Part shown: positions 1-13,358 of the stretch, in pieces
Position numbering within the stretch: position 1 is the first letter of the stretch
Layout of the letters: each line of letters opens with the position of its first letter
Origin: Callorhinchus milii
Taxonomy: Eukaryota
Assembly (NCBI RefSeq): GCF_018977255.1
Contig: NW_024704760.1
Location: 3,162,001-3,226,000 of the forward strand
Direction: 5' to 3'
Length of the DNA stretch: 64,000 bases
Program-made: the position numbers and the translations under genes
The notes under the pieces: generated by a model
Seen by the model: only the letters and a program-made list of their open reading frames with translations
Database searches by the model: none
What the model was told of the DNA's origin: nothing

Positions 1-3000
1 GCAAATTCCACTCCGCTGGCTTTGCATTTTCTAATACAGCAATCTAACATTAGAAATACTTAATACCGTATTTTATCCTAACAACTCACTGTCTTGGGAA
101 TGTTGTATCATAAATGCATGACTCTCTCTTTCTCTCTTTCTATCTCTGGGAATAACTAATTGGCAGCCTGCTCTTTGAAACATTCCCTTCTAAAATGTGA
201 CACAGCAAATGTACAGGAATTTGGGAAAAAAATCTTATAAGGCATCATTTATGACCTAACCCTTACTACTGCCATTGTTGGGTTGTGGTTCTTTCTATTT
301 GTTGCATGACCGATGGCCTGGTATTGTTTTTCCATAGATAGGTACTGACTAAGATAAATTCAGTGTCAGTTGACACTGGGATTCAAACTCTGGTATCCAG
401 CGCCCCAGTTATTTAATAATAATAATAATAATAATAATAGTAATAATAATCCTTGCATTTGATACAGGGCCTTATCATGTTTTTGAACCATCTCAAAGGC
501 AGAAAACTCATCTCCCAGTTCAGCTCCAGAAAAATCAAACCAAAGCGGCGATCAGCTTGTTTTGCTGCTGTACTAAACTTTAATTTAACTTTATTTAATT
601 TGTGCTAAAGTAGTGTTTCTTGTATTATAGTTCCACAGTCAATGATCATACAAGGAGCAAAGACTCACCACCTCAGGACGCGATAATGATAAGGATGAAT
701 TACATTTGTATAGCGCCTTTCACATCAGGAGGATGTCACAGGTTATACTGTAAAGTCCAGTGAGTGTGTATTTTGTAGGTGAATTCTCCTAACGTGAAAG
801 GCACTATACAAATGTAATTTTGTGTTGTATTGAACGTGGAAACCAATTTGTAAGAGCAATGTCCCACAAACAGCGATGAAGTGAATGACCGATTTTATCT
901 GGGAGATTGTTGGTAAGAACACAGGAGAAACTCCCTTCTCTTTTCGATTAGTGCCATGGGATCTTTAATGTCGTCATATCTGAATGACAGCATCTCCAAC
1001 AATGCAAGACCCCCTCAGCACTGTGCTGAATTGTCAGCTTAGACTAGATGAGACTCAAAGTCTTGATAACCTTCTGACTCAAAGGCAAGGGTGCTACCAA
1101 CTGAGCCAGACTAGCCAGGACAGCCTGGACAGAGCCAATCCAAGACAAACAGATAATAATAATCCTTGCATTTGATGTAGCGCTTTTCACGTCAGGAGGG
1201 CGTCCATAGACAGAGACAGACACACAGTCAGGCAGGCAGAAAAAAAAAGAGTATGCAAAACAGAGAGTCAAAAAGAGAGAGAGCAAGTGAGAAAATATGA
1301 GAAGAGAAAGAGTCAAACAGAAATGGGAAAGAGTCAATCAGAGAGCGAGAGAGAGACAGTCAAAGAAAGACAAAGAGTTAGAATGTGAGAGACCGAGAGT
1401 CGGAAGAGTGTCAGGGGAAGTGGGTGGGAGAGAGACAGTCTGTGAGAGACGATAGATAGATCGAGAAGCAGAGAGTGTAGGGTGACATTCTGTGTGCTGT
1501 TACTTGTGTATAAACTCAGATGGAGGAACGTTTGGTTGGTACTGGACATTGAACTCTGCATCCTGTTATCCACACTGCTTTCATATCCATATTGGGGCAG
1601 ATCCCAAACAGGGCGGCTATTGGGCTCCCCATTGTAATCTCACCTCCGAAAAACATGGTCACTACAACCGTGACACCTACGCCTGTCCCTGTGAAGTGCT
1701 TTGAGACATCCTCCCAACACAAAAGGCACGGCATCAAATGTAAGGGTTATTAGTTGCTCTATCACAACCCTCTGGTTTGGTTACTCTTAAGCAGGTGATG
1801 GGTTTCCACATATGTCATACAGCCAAAAAGAAATCGTAATCCTTCATAGAATCATAGAAACTTACAGAGCAGAAGGAAGCCAAAGCCAATTGGCCCCTAC
1901 TTAGTTCTATTCACCTGGCTTTTCCCCATACCTTTTTATACTTCTTAATAACACATTGTTTCTATTAACATAATGAGCAGCAATTTTTAATGTATGTGGA
2001 ATGTAAAACAATGTGACTGCTACAAACATTTTAATGTCACCAAGTGTTGCATTGTCAGATGGTGCCGTCGGTCAGATGAGATGTAAAACCGAGGTCCTAT
2101 CGGCCTGTTTGAACAGGTATCAAAGATCCCGTGACACGACCTGAAAAAGCAGAAGGGAGTTTTGCACAGTATCCTGGCCGACAATCCGGAGTCATAAAAC
2201 TGATCATTTTGTTCACAAGACAATTGCTGGGCGCAAATCGGCTGTCGTGTTGGCCTACAAAGAACACGGTTCACTATGTTATATAGGAGAGAAAAAAGAT
2301 TGCTTTGAGACACGCCGGGAGCTACAGGTATATCAAACAGAAGGATTGTTACAGTCTAATTGGTGAGTTTGATTTAAGTGCAATAGCAAATGATGTGAAT
2401 TGTCCAGACTAGGTGCCATTTGAACTTTTAAAGTGAAACCTTCAGAATAGCTTCGCACAAACAGATAAGATGCAAATGTTATTACTCAGCACAACCTGTT
2501 TCCGCAAAGACACTTGTGACGTATGCCATTAAAATGTCTCGTAACACTGTAAATGTAACACATCGCCTACAACTGAGCCAAAATGCCCCCAAATCTATGA
2601 GCTTAGTTTTTATCTCTCAGTGATTAATAAAAATCCACAAACAAGAAGTGAGGCATCACAACATTTTGGTAATCTGATTTTCAATATTTCGTTTTGACTC
2701 TCCCTCTAGAACACGTTTTGAGAGAATTGCATCATCCGAAATCCTGTTTACGTTCATTAGGGGGACCATTCTGTCTATTTGTGGGAAAATCCAATTATCT
2801 GAGTGCTTCGTTAACAAATGTCGTAATGTTAGGGGTTACATTAAAAAGGGTCATAATATTAATGAAAAAAATGTGATAAAAACACACTTTACAGTATATC
2901 CTGTGAAACGCTTTGAGGCATTCGCATAACACAAAGGGTGCAATACCAAATGCAAGGAATTTTAATAATGATGATGATTATTATTAATAATAAATATCTT

Positions 3001-4129
3001 TAAAGACTGTGATTTCAATCGCAATTATGACCGTTGACAGATTTTACCAACTGAGCTCATCTGAAATCTCTCACGGCCTTAGACTTGTCTTAAAATGTAA
3101 GATCGTGTTCGGTTTCGGGTGCGTCTTAAACTCAGTGTTGATTTGGAACCGTTTGAGCTCTTAAATTCTTCTTTTGAACTGAGGGAAACATGCTTCTGAA
3201 ATGAAGATTCAACTTAAGAATCTTCCAAACTTCCGCACAACCTTGAATCGAAAGACAAAGCAAAGGACTCAAGCCTAAAACTAACCCAACTGTCCGATTA
3301 AAAGTAAGCCTAAAGAGGCAGAAACTGTTCCAAATCCAGAGCCCTTGGGTGAAAAAGTTATTTTCCGATATTTTCCAAAAAAACATGCATTTCTTGTTAA
3401 TTTGGTTACTCATTCCACGTTTGTGGGACACCGCTGTGTGCAATTGGCTGTTGCGTTTTGCCCGCAGAATATACGATCAATTCATCTCAAAGAAGTGATG
3501 AGGCTGTATCCCAAATGCAAGGATTATTATAATTATTATTATTATGATTCCATATATCCTGTAGTTCTATTTACTATTTTTTTTAAATGATTGTTTCATC
3601 GCATGTCAGCGATTTACAATGACGACTGGGATGGTGAGAGGAAACCACATAAAAGGATTTGCAAAAAAAAAAGGATTTTTTTTTATCATTCCTGTTCTTA
3701 GAAGTAGAACTTCTGTGCTGCTACTACCGCAACAAAGAGACTCGGAATGAGGCAACAAGACAAGAGATGCGATCCATGTTGTGTTTGTTTCAACACATTT
3801 GGAAGTGGTAAATATCAGGTCGCAATGCGGGGTGCGTTGCATAGAGCTTTGTATGGCATCAACCACAACTGCAAACTTCAAACGCTTTATCAGCTTCATC
3901 TGACCCCAGGAATTTGTTACTGAGCTGATAAACGGGATGTGTTATACATCTCTGTCACCTTCCCCAGTACGGGCAGTCAATCAACTGTGCGGCATGCCCA
4001 TTGGATGACCTCCTGATGTGAAGGGCACTACTGTGTAAATGTAAACTGTTGCTGTTGTATCCTCAGGTGTGTGTCAGCCTGGCTCAGACCCCTGAGTCAG
4101 AAGGTTGTGGGTTCAAGCCACCACCACCA

Positions 4130-5030
4130 CCACCACAACAGCAAAATTACACTTGTATAGCGCCTTTCACGTCGGGTGGATGTCCCAAGGCGTTGGACAG
4201 ACAGAATTACGGACCCGAGCTGGGGTCCCGGGATTGGGGAGGGTGGAGGTCAGGGAGGGGAAGCAGGGTGATCAAAAGCACGGTCGAAGAGGAGGGTCTT
4301 GAGATGGGTCTTGAAAGAGGCAAGAGAGGGGGCGAGGTGGAGGGACTGCAGGATGGTGTTCCAGATGGTGGGGGCAGAGTGGCAGAAGGCCCACCCTCAA
4401 TGATGGGGCAGGTGAAGCGAGGGACATGAAGCAGGCCGGAACCTGCTAAGCAGAGGAATCGGGTAGGATGGTAGGGGGTTAGGAGGTTCGCAGAGGTAGG
4501 GGGGAGCACGACAATGGAGGGCTTTGAAGGTGAGGACCAGGATCTTGAACTGTATCCTCTGTGTGATGGGAAGCCAGTGGAGTCGGGCGAGGATGGGGGC
4601 GATACGGTCACAGAGTCTAGTGTGGGAGAGTTCTGAATGATCTGCAGCCTATGGAGGGAGAAGTTGGGGAGGCCGACAAGCAGGGAGTTTGCATAGTCAA
4701 GCCTCGTTGTTATGAATGCGTGTATGAGGGATTCGGTGGACTGCGGTGTGAGACAGTGGCGGAGCCGAGCGATGTTGTGGAGGTGGGGGAAGGCAGAGCA
4801 GGTCATGGCACAGATGTGGGGGAGAAAGGATAGTTGGGGGTCAAACAAGATGCCAGGATTCCGGACTGGCTTAGTAAGGTTGAGTGTGCAACTACGGAAT
4901 GGTGATGCTGTCAGTGGCTGAGTTGAGGAGGCACTGACAAGAGTCCATCAGGAGAGCCTCGGTCTGGTTGATGTTTAACTGAAGAACGTTAGCTCTCATC
5001 CAGGTCTTGATGTCTGACAGCCATTCTGTC
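4130..5030 (-). mobile_element. 5'-truncated L2-clade LINE (end of RT-containing ORF plus 3' tail)
   Basis: ORF 4207-4848 contains HLHNIARLR...LIHAFITTRLDYANSLLVGLP...LQIIQN, typical of L2 ORF2; 3' tail GACGTGAAAGGCGCTATACAAGTG followed by short repeats. Confidence 0.85.
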
Positions 5031-6379
5031 AGACCACATCAGGGCTTTGAGCTCAAAGTCTAGGCTAACACTCCTATAGTGTTTGGGGGAGAGGGGTGAG
5101 GGAGCACTGTATTGTGCTTTGGATGAGATGTTAAGCTGAGGTCCTGTCTACCTGTACAGTTGGATCCAAGTCTCACGGCACTGTTGAAGAAGTGAATGGA
5201 GTTTGTCATTCATCTCATGGTTGTTTGTGAAACATTACAGTTTTTACATTACAGCTTTGAGGTGTCTCAACAATGTGATAAGGTGCTATGTGTGTATATC
5301 AACTACAAGGAATATTATTATTACAGTAAATCCTTCGAAGTCCTCCTGCTCTGAAAGGCATTGTGTAAATGTAAATCATTGTTATACAAATGCGACCATT
5401 TAACATTTGAAGTCATTGCAGAGGTGTGTTTTTTATTATTACTATTATTATTATTATTATTATCAAGGCCCGTCTCAAGACCTTCCTCTTCTTCGACTGC
5501 GCCTTCGTTCGCCCTCCTACCCCTACCCTCCCGGCCCTCCACCCCTCCTGACCCCAACCTCCAGCTCGGGTGCAAATCCTTACAGGCCAGCCAGGGCCTT
5601 GGGACATCCTCCCAGTGTGAAAGGTGCTGAATAAATGGAATTTGTTGTTGTTACTGTTGTATGTGTCAGATGTGAAAATGCTGCCGGATAAATTGAACTC
5701 AAATGAACTCACGACACAGCGCGAGTCAAATATGGCCCAATATACGATCCAACCTGAATTTTGAACCACTTTGGTATCAGCTTTCAAAAAATACCCTGCG
5801 ATGACACGCAAACACAAGCTGTGAATGAACTCGCTGTGACCGATTGATGTGCGATTGATATCATTGCTGCCAGAACGTGACAGCAAAGTCACTTCAGGAT
5901 ACCCCTCCTTCCCTGATGGCTGGATGGAACCGGTTCGTTTTGGTGGTTCGCAGTGGAAACTTCAAAAGATTAAAATATTGCTTGATAGAAACATTTTTTT
6001 TTTCTCTTTCGGTGTTTGGGGTGACTCGACGCTGACTCACTGATAGCAGCTGTCGTACGTGCGGTCCAAAGAAATTAACAACAAATGTCTTTCCTCTATA
6101 ATTTCATCATCACAGCCGGTATTATCCACTACCTCAGCAGTTAATGGACTCTCCACCTTTGCATTAAAGCTTACTGAAATGATTACCCCACCGCTCATCT
6201 ATCCCCTCCACCCCCACGCCACCCCCCCCCCCCCCCACCCCACCCTCCATCCTCTGTTGGTTACAACGATGACAGGTGCCTGGGAGGAAATTACTAAGAT
6301 CTCCTCCCAGTGTCCTGGCCAATGATCCATCTCTATTTGTGCTTCACTGTCCTCAAATTCCTACTAGTTCAGATCCCGT

Positions 6380-6790
6380 CACCTGCTCTAAACTCTGTTC
6401 TCCCATCACACTAGTCCTCTCCCGGCTCCAATGGCTCCCTCTTTTCACTCGTCTTCAAATCCCTTCATGCCCTGGCGCCTCCCTACCTCTCCAACCTGCT
6501 TGCTCCCCAACCCATTACCCTCCACCTCCGCTCGGCTGGCTCCGGCCTCCCGCTTGTCCCTTGTCCTCTCCGCTCCATTGGCGGCCGTGCTTTCAGCTAC
6601 TGCTCCGCCACGAAACTTTGGAACTCTCTCCCTCAATCCCTCAGCCTTGCCCCCTCCTGCCCCTTTTTCAGATCACGTATGAAGAGCTTTCTCTTCGACT
6701 GTGCTTACGGTCACCTCCTCCCTCCCACCGGCTCGGTGTCAGGCTCCGCCACTGCTTAAACGCTCCGAGGTGCAACTCCCTTTGAAGGGT
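6380..6790 (+). mobile_element. Degenerate L2 LINE 3' fragment
   Basis: PITLVLSRLQWLP motif and C/T-rich L2-like 3' region. Confidence 0.6.
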
Positions 6791-7360
6791 GGATGGTAGG
6801 GTGGGTTTCTGGAGGGACAAAATTAAATTAAATTAAATTAAATATTGTGCTGACTATTTGTCACATTGCTTTTTACAGTGGAGAATACAAACAAATCCAG
6901 CGTTTAAAGAATGTCCTGGATTTCTGTTCCTGTCTACTCGTCTCGTGAAGGACACCAACATCAGTGGCCTGAGGAATCTCTCACCCAGGAGCTGAGGGTT
7001 CCCAAGAAGATCTTGCATAGAAACAGCTGAGCATGGGCGACATCTTCTGGTGAGATAGGAGACCTTCCCCTCTCTTCAACAATGATCCTTGGCATTTAAT
7101 GGATGGATCATTTTAACCACAGAAGATGAACTTCATGTCAAAACTTCTCCCAAGTCACCAATCTGAGCGGAATTCAAAATGTGGGACATGAAATGTGATA
7201 TGAAATATTTAATCATTCACCGGATCATCATAATATTACTGAGGACCCAACAAGACATTCCACTCGATGAGTTCTTTCCGGCTAAATAATAACGATAAGA
7301 ATACTATATAATCAGCCTTGCATTTGAAATAGCAACTTATCACGTCATCGAGACATCGCG

Positions 7361-7578
7361 ATAATAATCCCTCCAAAACCAAAAACAATAATAAAAATTG
7401 GTCTTTTTCAATCCACGACTGTTTGTGGGACATTGCTGTGCGCAATTGGCTGCCGCGTTCGCCCACAAATATACAGTCAATTCACTTTACAGTGTGTTCT
7501 GTGAAGTGCTTTGGGACGTCCTCCTGACGTGAAAAGCGCTATATCAAATGCAAGGATTATTATTATTATTATTATTAT
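7361..7578 (+). mobile_element. 5'-truncated SINE, young subfamily
   Basis: Body and tail nearly identical to the young copies; tail-to-tail with the 7581-7854 copy. Confidence 0.8.
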
Positions 7579-7580
7579 CG

Positions 7581-7854
7581 CATAGCGCTTCAAAGAATAG
7601 ATTGTGAAATGTATTTTGTGGGTAAAACCCGGCAGCCAATTGCGCACAGCAATGTCTCACAGACAGTCGTGGCAAATTTTTTTTGGAGGGATTATTACCC
7701 CCGGAAACGATGCACCAATCGGCCAACAACGGGTTCCTCCTTACTGCTGGGTAAACAGAGGCGTGTGCCGTAAGGAAACTTTCCCCCCACTGGGAATCGA
7801 ATCCGGGTCCTCTCGCCTGTGAGGCGAGCGTGCCAACCACTACACTACGAAACC
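7581..7854 (-). mobile_element. SINE of the same body family with a tRNA-Val(CAC)-like head
   Basis: The - strand begins GGTTTCGTAGTGTAGTGGTTGGCACGCTCGCCTCACAGGCGAGAGG; body shared with the other SINE copies. Confidence 0.7.
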
Positions 7855-8106
7855 GTGAGCCGCGTGATGTGGTGGTAGCGGGGTGGCTATTCTGGAAGGA
7901 TGAGAACAAGAGCTTTCTTCATCCGAACATATCCTCATCTTGTAACATTATTATTACGAATTAAATAGGGCAACATGTGTCGCCACCTGCTTGAGAGAAT
8001 GGTGTACTTCTAACCCGTACGATTTGCCAGTCTAAACCATGCTTAGGTGTTGTAGAAGATATTTTCTATCTTACTGGGGGTTAGGGAAGGTTCCCAATCA
8101 GCTCCT

Positions 8107-8109
<3 letters not shown>

Positions 8110-8151
<42 letters not shown>

Positions 8152-8836
8152 CCTTGCATTTGACACAGCGCCTTCTCACATCTTCGAGACGTCTCAAAGC
8201 GCTTCACAGAATATACTGTAAAGTGAATTAACTGTATATTTTGTTGGCGAAACGCGGCAGCCAATTGCGCACAGCAGCGTGGATTGAGCGACCAAATTAT
8301 TTTAATTTATTTTGAAGGAATTATTACCAACCAGAAAGCGGTCTGCCCATCGACTAACAACCGGGTTCCTGCTCTCTGCTTGGTAAACAGAGGTGTGTAT
8401 GTGTGTGTGTATGTGTGTGTAGAGCAAGGAAACCTGCCCAAAGTTTCACCCTGTGCAATGTTAACCCTATAACTCGAAGCCGTAGCTAGAAAAGCAGCAG
8501 GAAGCTTCCCGGACAGTGCTTTGAATGGCAGGCAACGTAGCATTAGCTGCTTAAATACCAGCAGTCAACCCCCAACCCACGCTTTGTGGTGTGTCCATAC
8601 ATCTAATAATCCACAAGCCTAATAATAATCCCTCCAAATCCAAAAACAATAATAAATTGGTCATTTTCAATCTACGACTGTTTGTGGGACATTGCTGTGC
8701 GCAATTGGCTGCCGCGTTCGCCCACAAATATACAGTCAATTCACTTTACAGTGTGTTCTGTGAAGCGCTTCGGGACGTCCTCCTGACGTGAAAAGCGCTA
8801 TATCAAATGCAAGGATTATTATTATTATTATTATTA
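8110..8836. mobile_element. Two opposed SINE fragments (8110-8450 -, 8614-8836 +)
   Basis: Shared body GCGCAATTGGCTGCCGCGTT and (ATT)n tails. Confidence 0.75.
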
Positions 8837-9689
8837 TCTGGCGCTCGCCAACCCCTTTGCTGAACACTCTCCAAAATGGAGACAAACAAGCTACGGCTCT
8901 CCAGGGAGAGGATGCACATTCCATTCCAGTCATTGGGACACAGCGACACCTTGCAAGTGTAGCTGGCATACGTACGTGGAACAACCCTCTTTAGCTCGGG
9001 CACTCTGAAATGTGATGCTGATGACAGGCGTGTGTCAGGGGCCGGACCAAAAAAAATTCTAAGCGATGTCAAAAAGCCTTCCTGTTGGCGAGAGGCAATT
9101 GTGTAATAAGGACACACTAAAACGACATGCCTGCCCGCCCCTAGGTGAAGAAAGGAAATAGAATTTAAATTCAGCAAAGCTGGTAATTTCCAATGGTGAA
9201 GCAAGCAGGTGGTGCTGATGTAAACAGAACCCACACTGCAATATTGCTGTTCTGATTCATTCTGTTCCATACTGTCATTGCGTTTCCACAATTGGCTTGG
9301 TTTTGCATGGTTCAGAACATTTTAGGTTCTGTGCAAGCGATATGTAAATAATTATTTCGCAGGGAAACTCCCCGAATGGTATAAGATGACATATATGCTT
9401 TTTTTTAATTCCTTACTCTGCTTTCATCCCCTCTCTTCCTTGCCCGATCTTACCCCTTGGCCCACCAAACAGCCTGGTTTTTATTGAGTCTATCGTGTGT
9501 CAATTGCTAAAACCAGCGTCGATTTTTCTTCCAAGTTTAGGACAGGAGGTTCAATTGTTTTCCAAAACCATTTCTGACCCAACGCTTGTTTCCCTGTAAC
9601 AGGCACAAAAACCCTCCTTTCCCAAACCCAAACCCTAAGTCAACACTTATTCCACTCTTATTGGTCAGTTAACCATTTACTGTATGTTC

Positions 9690-10125
9690 AATAATAATCC
9701 TTACATTTAATATGGCGCCTTTTACATGTCAGGAGGACGTTTCCAAGTGCCTCTCGGGAATTAGTGTAAAGCGTAGTGACTGTGCATGTTTTGTAGGCGA
9801 ACCCGACAGCCAATTGTGTGCAAGGCAAGATAATGTCCAACAAACCGGGGTTGAGTGATGATCGATTGTTATCTGGCAGATTGTTTGCCAGGACACTGGA
9901 AGATCTTCTTTTATTAAAGAGCGCCGGAAGATTTTTAAAAGGCAGGAGGCACTTTGGTTTAACATCTGACCTGAAGGACGACATCTCGAACAATGCAACA
10001 TACCACCAGCCCTGCATTGGAGTGTCAGCCTAGACTGTATGAGCTCAAAGTCCCGATGTGAGGCAAGGACCTACAAACTTCTGACTCGGAGGCGAAAGTG
10101 CTATCGACTGAACCAGGCTGACACA
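9690..10125 (-). mobile_element. Deu-domain-like SINE copy
   Basis: Head TGTCAGCCTGGTTCAGTCGATAGCAC, core and L2-like tail shared with 31415-31870. Confidence 0.6.
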
Positions 10126-11979
10126 ATGGTCAAAAACAGTTTATTATTTGAACAGGTGACAATGAATGAGAAGGTGTGTGTATCGTACAGTTAAATAACC
10201 GTTGACACAGGTATGACCTCACCTTGAGCACCGTCTTGACTAATGGAGCTATTTTCCATGATCACTGATGAAACCGACCCGCATTCTTGCGAGACGTTAC
10301 TGCTCAACGGCGATAAGCGATGCGCAGCGAATTTATGATGTTAACCATATTTTGTGATTTTTCTTTTTGTCATCTTTTTGTTTGAAAGTGAGAAAATAAA
10401 GGCTGTCAAGCAGTTTGCCTATAATCGGCAAGATTGATTGCGGTTGTGGTTTGGAAAATGCAGAATTCTATGATAACAGATTGCTCCTATTAATTATACA
10501 TTTCTTGGTACTTGATAAAGCATTTACAGGGAACGTTCAGTCATCAAACCACTTATATTTCATATACAACAACCACCTACTGCCTCCCACCTCCTCGATA
10601 TCTAATTCAGAGAACAAAGCAATTTTTAATCAGTTTATCTTCACAACAACAGTTTTCACAAATGAGTAACCTGCAGAAATGAACCTTTACTGCGCACAGC
10701 AGTGTTCTACAAACAGTCGTGGATTGAAGCGACAAAATTATTATTATTTTTTTCTTGAGGGATTATTATCAGGCGTATGGAGCGAGGAAACTTGCTCAAG
10801 GTTTCACCCTGTCGGGAATCAAACCCAGGTCTCTCGCTTGTGAGGCGAGTGCTCTAACCACTAAGCTGCAGGACTACATAGAATCAACTTTATAATTGTC
10901 AGTCTTATAATGTTACAGTAGAGAAGTGGGCATTGGCTCCCACAAAGCCTAGGAGTGTTTCCCCTTTCCCTTTCACCTCTTACTGAATGGTTCCCCTGTC
11001 CAAAAGTACACAGTCACTACACTTTGCAGCACTCTGAGACATCCTCACGATATGACAGGTGTATCAAATGTAAGTATTATTATTATTATTAGTTAACAAT
11101 TTCAAGGCTGAGGGAGCCAACCTGAAACACACAATAGTTTTTGCTGTTAGAATAAACAAATATAAGCTTTAAAACAAACTTTGCATTTGATGCAGAGTCT
11201 TTCACATGGGAAGGATGTCCCATACCATCAAAGAATACGAAGGAAGGAGATGGGATGATGTAAAGAACAGAAAGGAGAAGAACAAAAAGAGGAGAAAGGA
11301 GCTTAATAAAGCACGGAAATGGGAACAGGTCCTTAGGTCCACCAGCCCTGGTGCTCTCACAGAACAACATACGCAATCATAGACTTAACACCTAGTTTAT
11401 CCCCAATGGGAAATGTCCTGCAGAAAGTATATCCCTGATCCCAAAACTAAATCCAGCAAAATCTTGCACATTCTGCATCTCCACTGCACAAACCTGATCT
11501 ACTTCCCTCCGCAGATAAGAAAAATAGCTCTTGTTCCAATAAAGGACTGTTGGGTGAGGGCAGTGTATAAGGAGCGTCACCTCGCATCTCACCCACATCA
11601 CATCGATCCTGACTTTGGAGTGCTTGATGCCGGCACTGAGTGCCAATAATGAGGGACGTTGCCTTTATCAGAACTGTATCCTCCGTGTTTGCCAATAAAT
11701 TTGGCCACAAAATATACAGTCAATTCACTTTATGGTATCCTGTGAAGCGCTTTGAGCGTTCTCAAAGGTGCTATATCAAATGCAAGGATTATTATTATTA
11801 TTATTAATATTATTATTATCCTCTTGGCTTGCTAATCAATCCCCCTTTGCCAATAAACAAAAGATTTGAAATTTTCTAAATAAGAATCTCCAAATACATC
11901 TCCAATACGTCGAATTTAAGAATCGTCCACAATTCCACGCGATGTTAATTATTAAGGCGACAGGGATTTAGAGATTTAC

Positions 11980-12345
11980 TGGAGTCTTGTGGCTCAGTGG
12001 TTAGAGCACTCACCTCGCAAGTGAGTAGACCTGGGTTCGTATTCCTGGCTGAGCGAAATGTTGAGGAAGGAAATTACTCCGCACGTTTCTGTTTACCTAG
12101 CAATAGGAACCTGGTTGTTAGTCAATTGGCGGATCACTTTTTGGGGGATAATAATCCCTAAGAAAATAATAATTTGGTCACTCAATCCACGACTGTTTGT
12201 GGGGACGCTGCTGCGCGCAATTGGCTGCTGCGTTTTGCCCACGACTATGCAGTCAATTCACTTTACAGTATATTCTGTGAAGCGCTTTGAGACGGCTCGA
12301 AGATGTGAAAAGCGCTATATCAAATGCAAGGAATATTATTATTAT
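11980..12345 (+). mobile_element. Full-length older-subfamily tRNA SINE
   Basis: tRNA head, central GTTTACCTAGCAATAGGAACC block that is absent from the young copies, same 3' tail. Confidence 0.8.
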
Positions 12346-12849
12346 TTTATTAATTTAATTTACAGATTTACTGGGTACAATTGAAGGGCTAGGAGTTTTA
12401 AAACATGACTAGGAATACCCCGTGATAGACACACACACCATTCCTTTAAACCTCCATAACAGATACCTGTCCAGACATTTTATCTGAATGAAACAATCTG
12501 ACGTTTTAATATTAATTTTCCAGATTTTAAAAACGTATTTAATGTTACTCAATTGTTTTAGGAGGTGAGGGCAAAGGAATTATTATAATTATTATTAATA
12601 ATGTTTAATTGGCTACCAGGCGAGGTATTATCCCTGAGGACAGCAATGGAAAGTATGAAAACTTTCTCTCCTGAACTGAACCGTAGTTTACATTTTTGGT
12701 TCAACTTAAAACTGCGTCTCGCAATTCTAAGTTGCCGAATGTAGAATAATTATATGTATATAATCAAAAACTATGTATTCAAAAGAATTATATATATTCA
12801 CAATATATATACATTTGTGAATATATTCTATATATTATATATATATTTA

Positions 12850-12963
12850 CAGGGTGACCAAAAAGTCGTGATACCACTACAATGTCTTACAAGTCTTAAA
12901 GAAATCATGTTTTTGTTTTTGCTTTAAATAATAGGGCAGTTATCACAACTTGCGGTCACCCTG
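12850..12963. mobile_element. Tc1/mariner-type MITE
   Basis: Imperfect ~25-bp terminal inverted repeats CAGGGTGACC..AAGT(C/T)GTGATA at both ends; TA on the left, TG on the right. Confidence 0.7.
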
Positions 12964-12964
12964 T

Positions 12965-13190
12965 GTATATATATTTGAATATATATAAACATATAGATAT
13001 ATTTATATTCATATATATAACAATATATTTGAATATATATAAACATATAGATATATTTATATTCATGTCTATATAACAATGTATTTGAATATATATAAAC
13101 ATATAGATGTATTTATATTCATACATATATAACAATATATTTGAATATATATAAATATGTAGATACATTTACATTCATATATATATATAA
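12965..13190. repeat. AT-rich tandem repeat, ~4 units of ~55 bp
   Basis: Repeated TATTTGAATATATATAAACATATAGATATATTTATATTCAT...AACAAT. Confidence 0.8.
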
Positions 13191-13358
13191 ATATACAAGG
13201 ATGTGCAAGGATTATTATTATTATTATTCAAAAACGATATTCAAAATATATATATATTCAAAAAGTATATATATTCATGTAAGTATATTTATTCAAAATG
13301 CACACATATAATATATATACATATATATATACATATATTGAACGAAAAAGACCAGTTC

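Noticed and set aside
5413-5892. 159-aa minus-strand ORF
   Set aside because: Non-ATG start, runs through an L2 tail and an (ATT)n tract, no recognisable domain.
10265-10300. CTGATGA as a hammerhead ribozyme core (also near 21704 and 59570)
   Set aside because: No stem II followed by GAAA and no closing stems I/III found.
12965-13190. Regularly spaced repeats as a CRISPR-like array
   Set aside because: Eukaryotic context and tandem units without unique spacers.
1-13300. A further IL-10-family gene or pseudogene upstream of paralog A
   Set aside because: No exon with family motifs was found by eye; a tBLASTn with IL-10/IL-20 queries would be needed to exclude decayed remnants.
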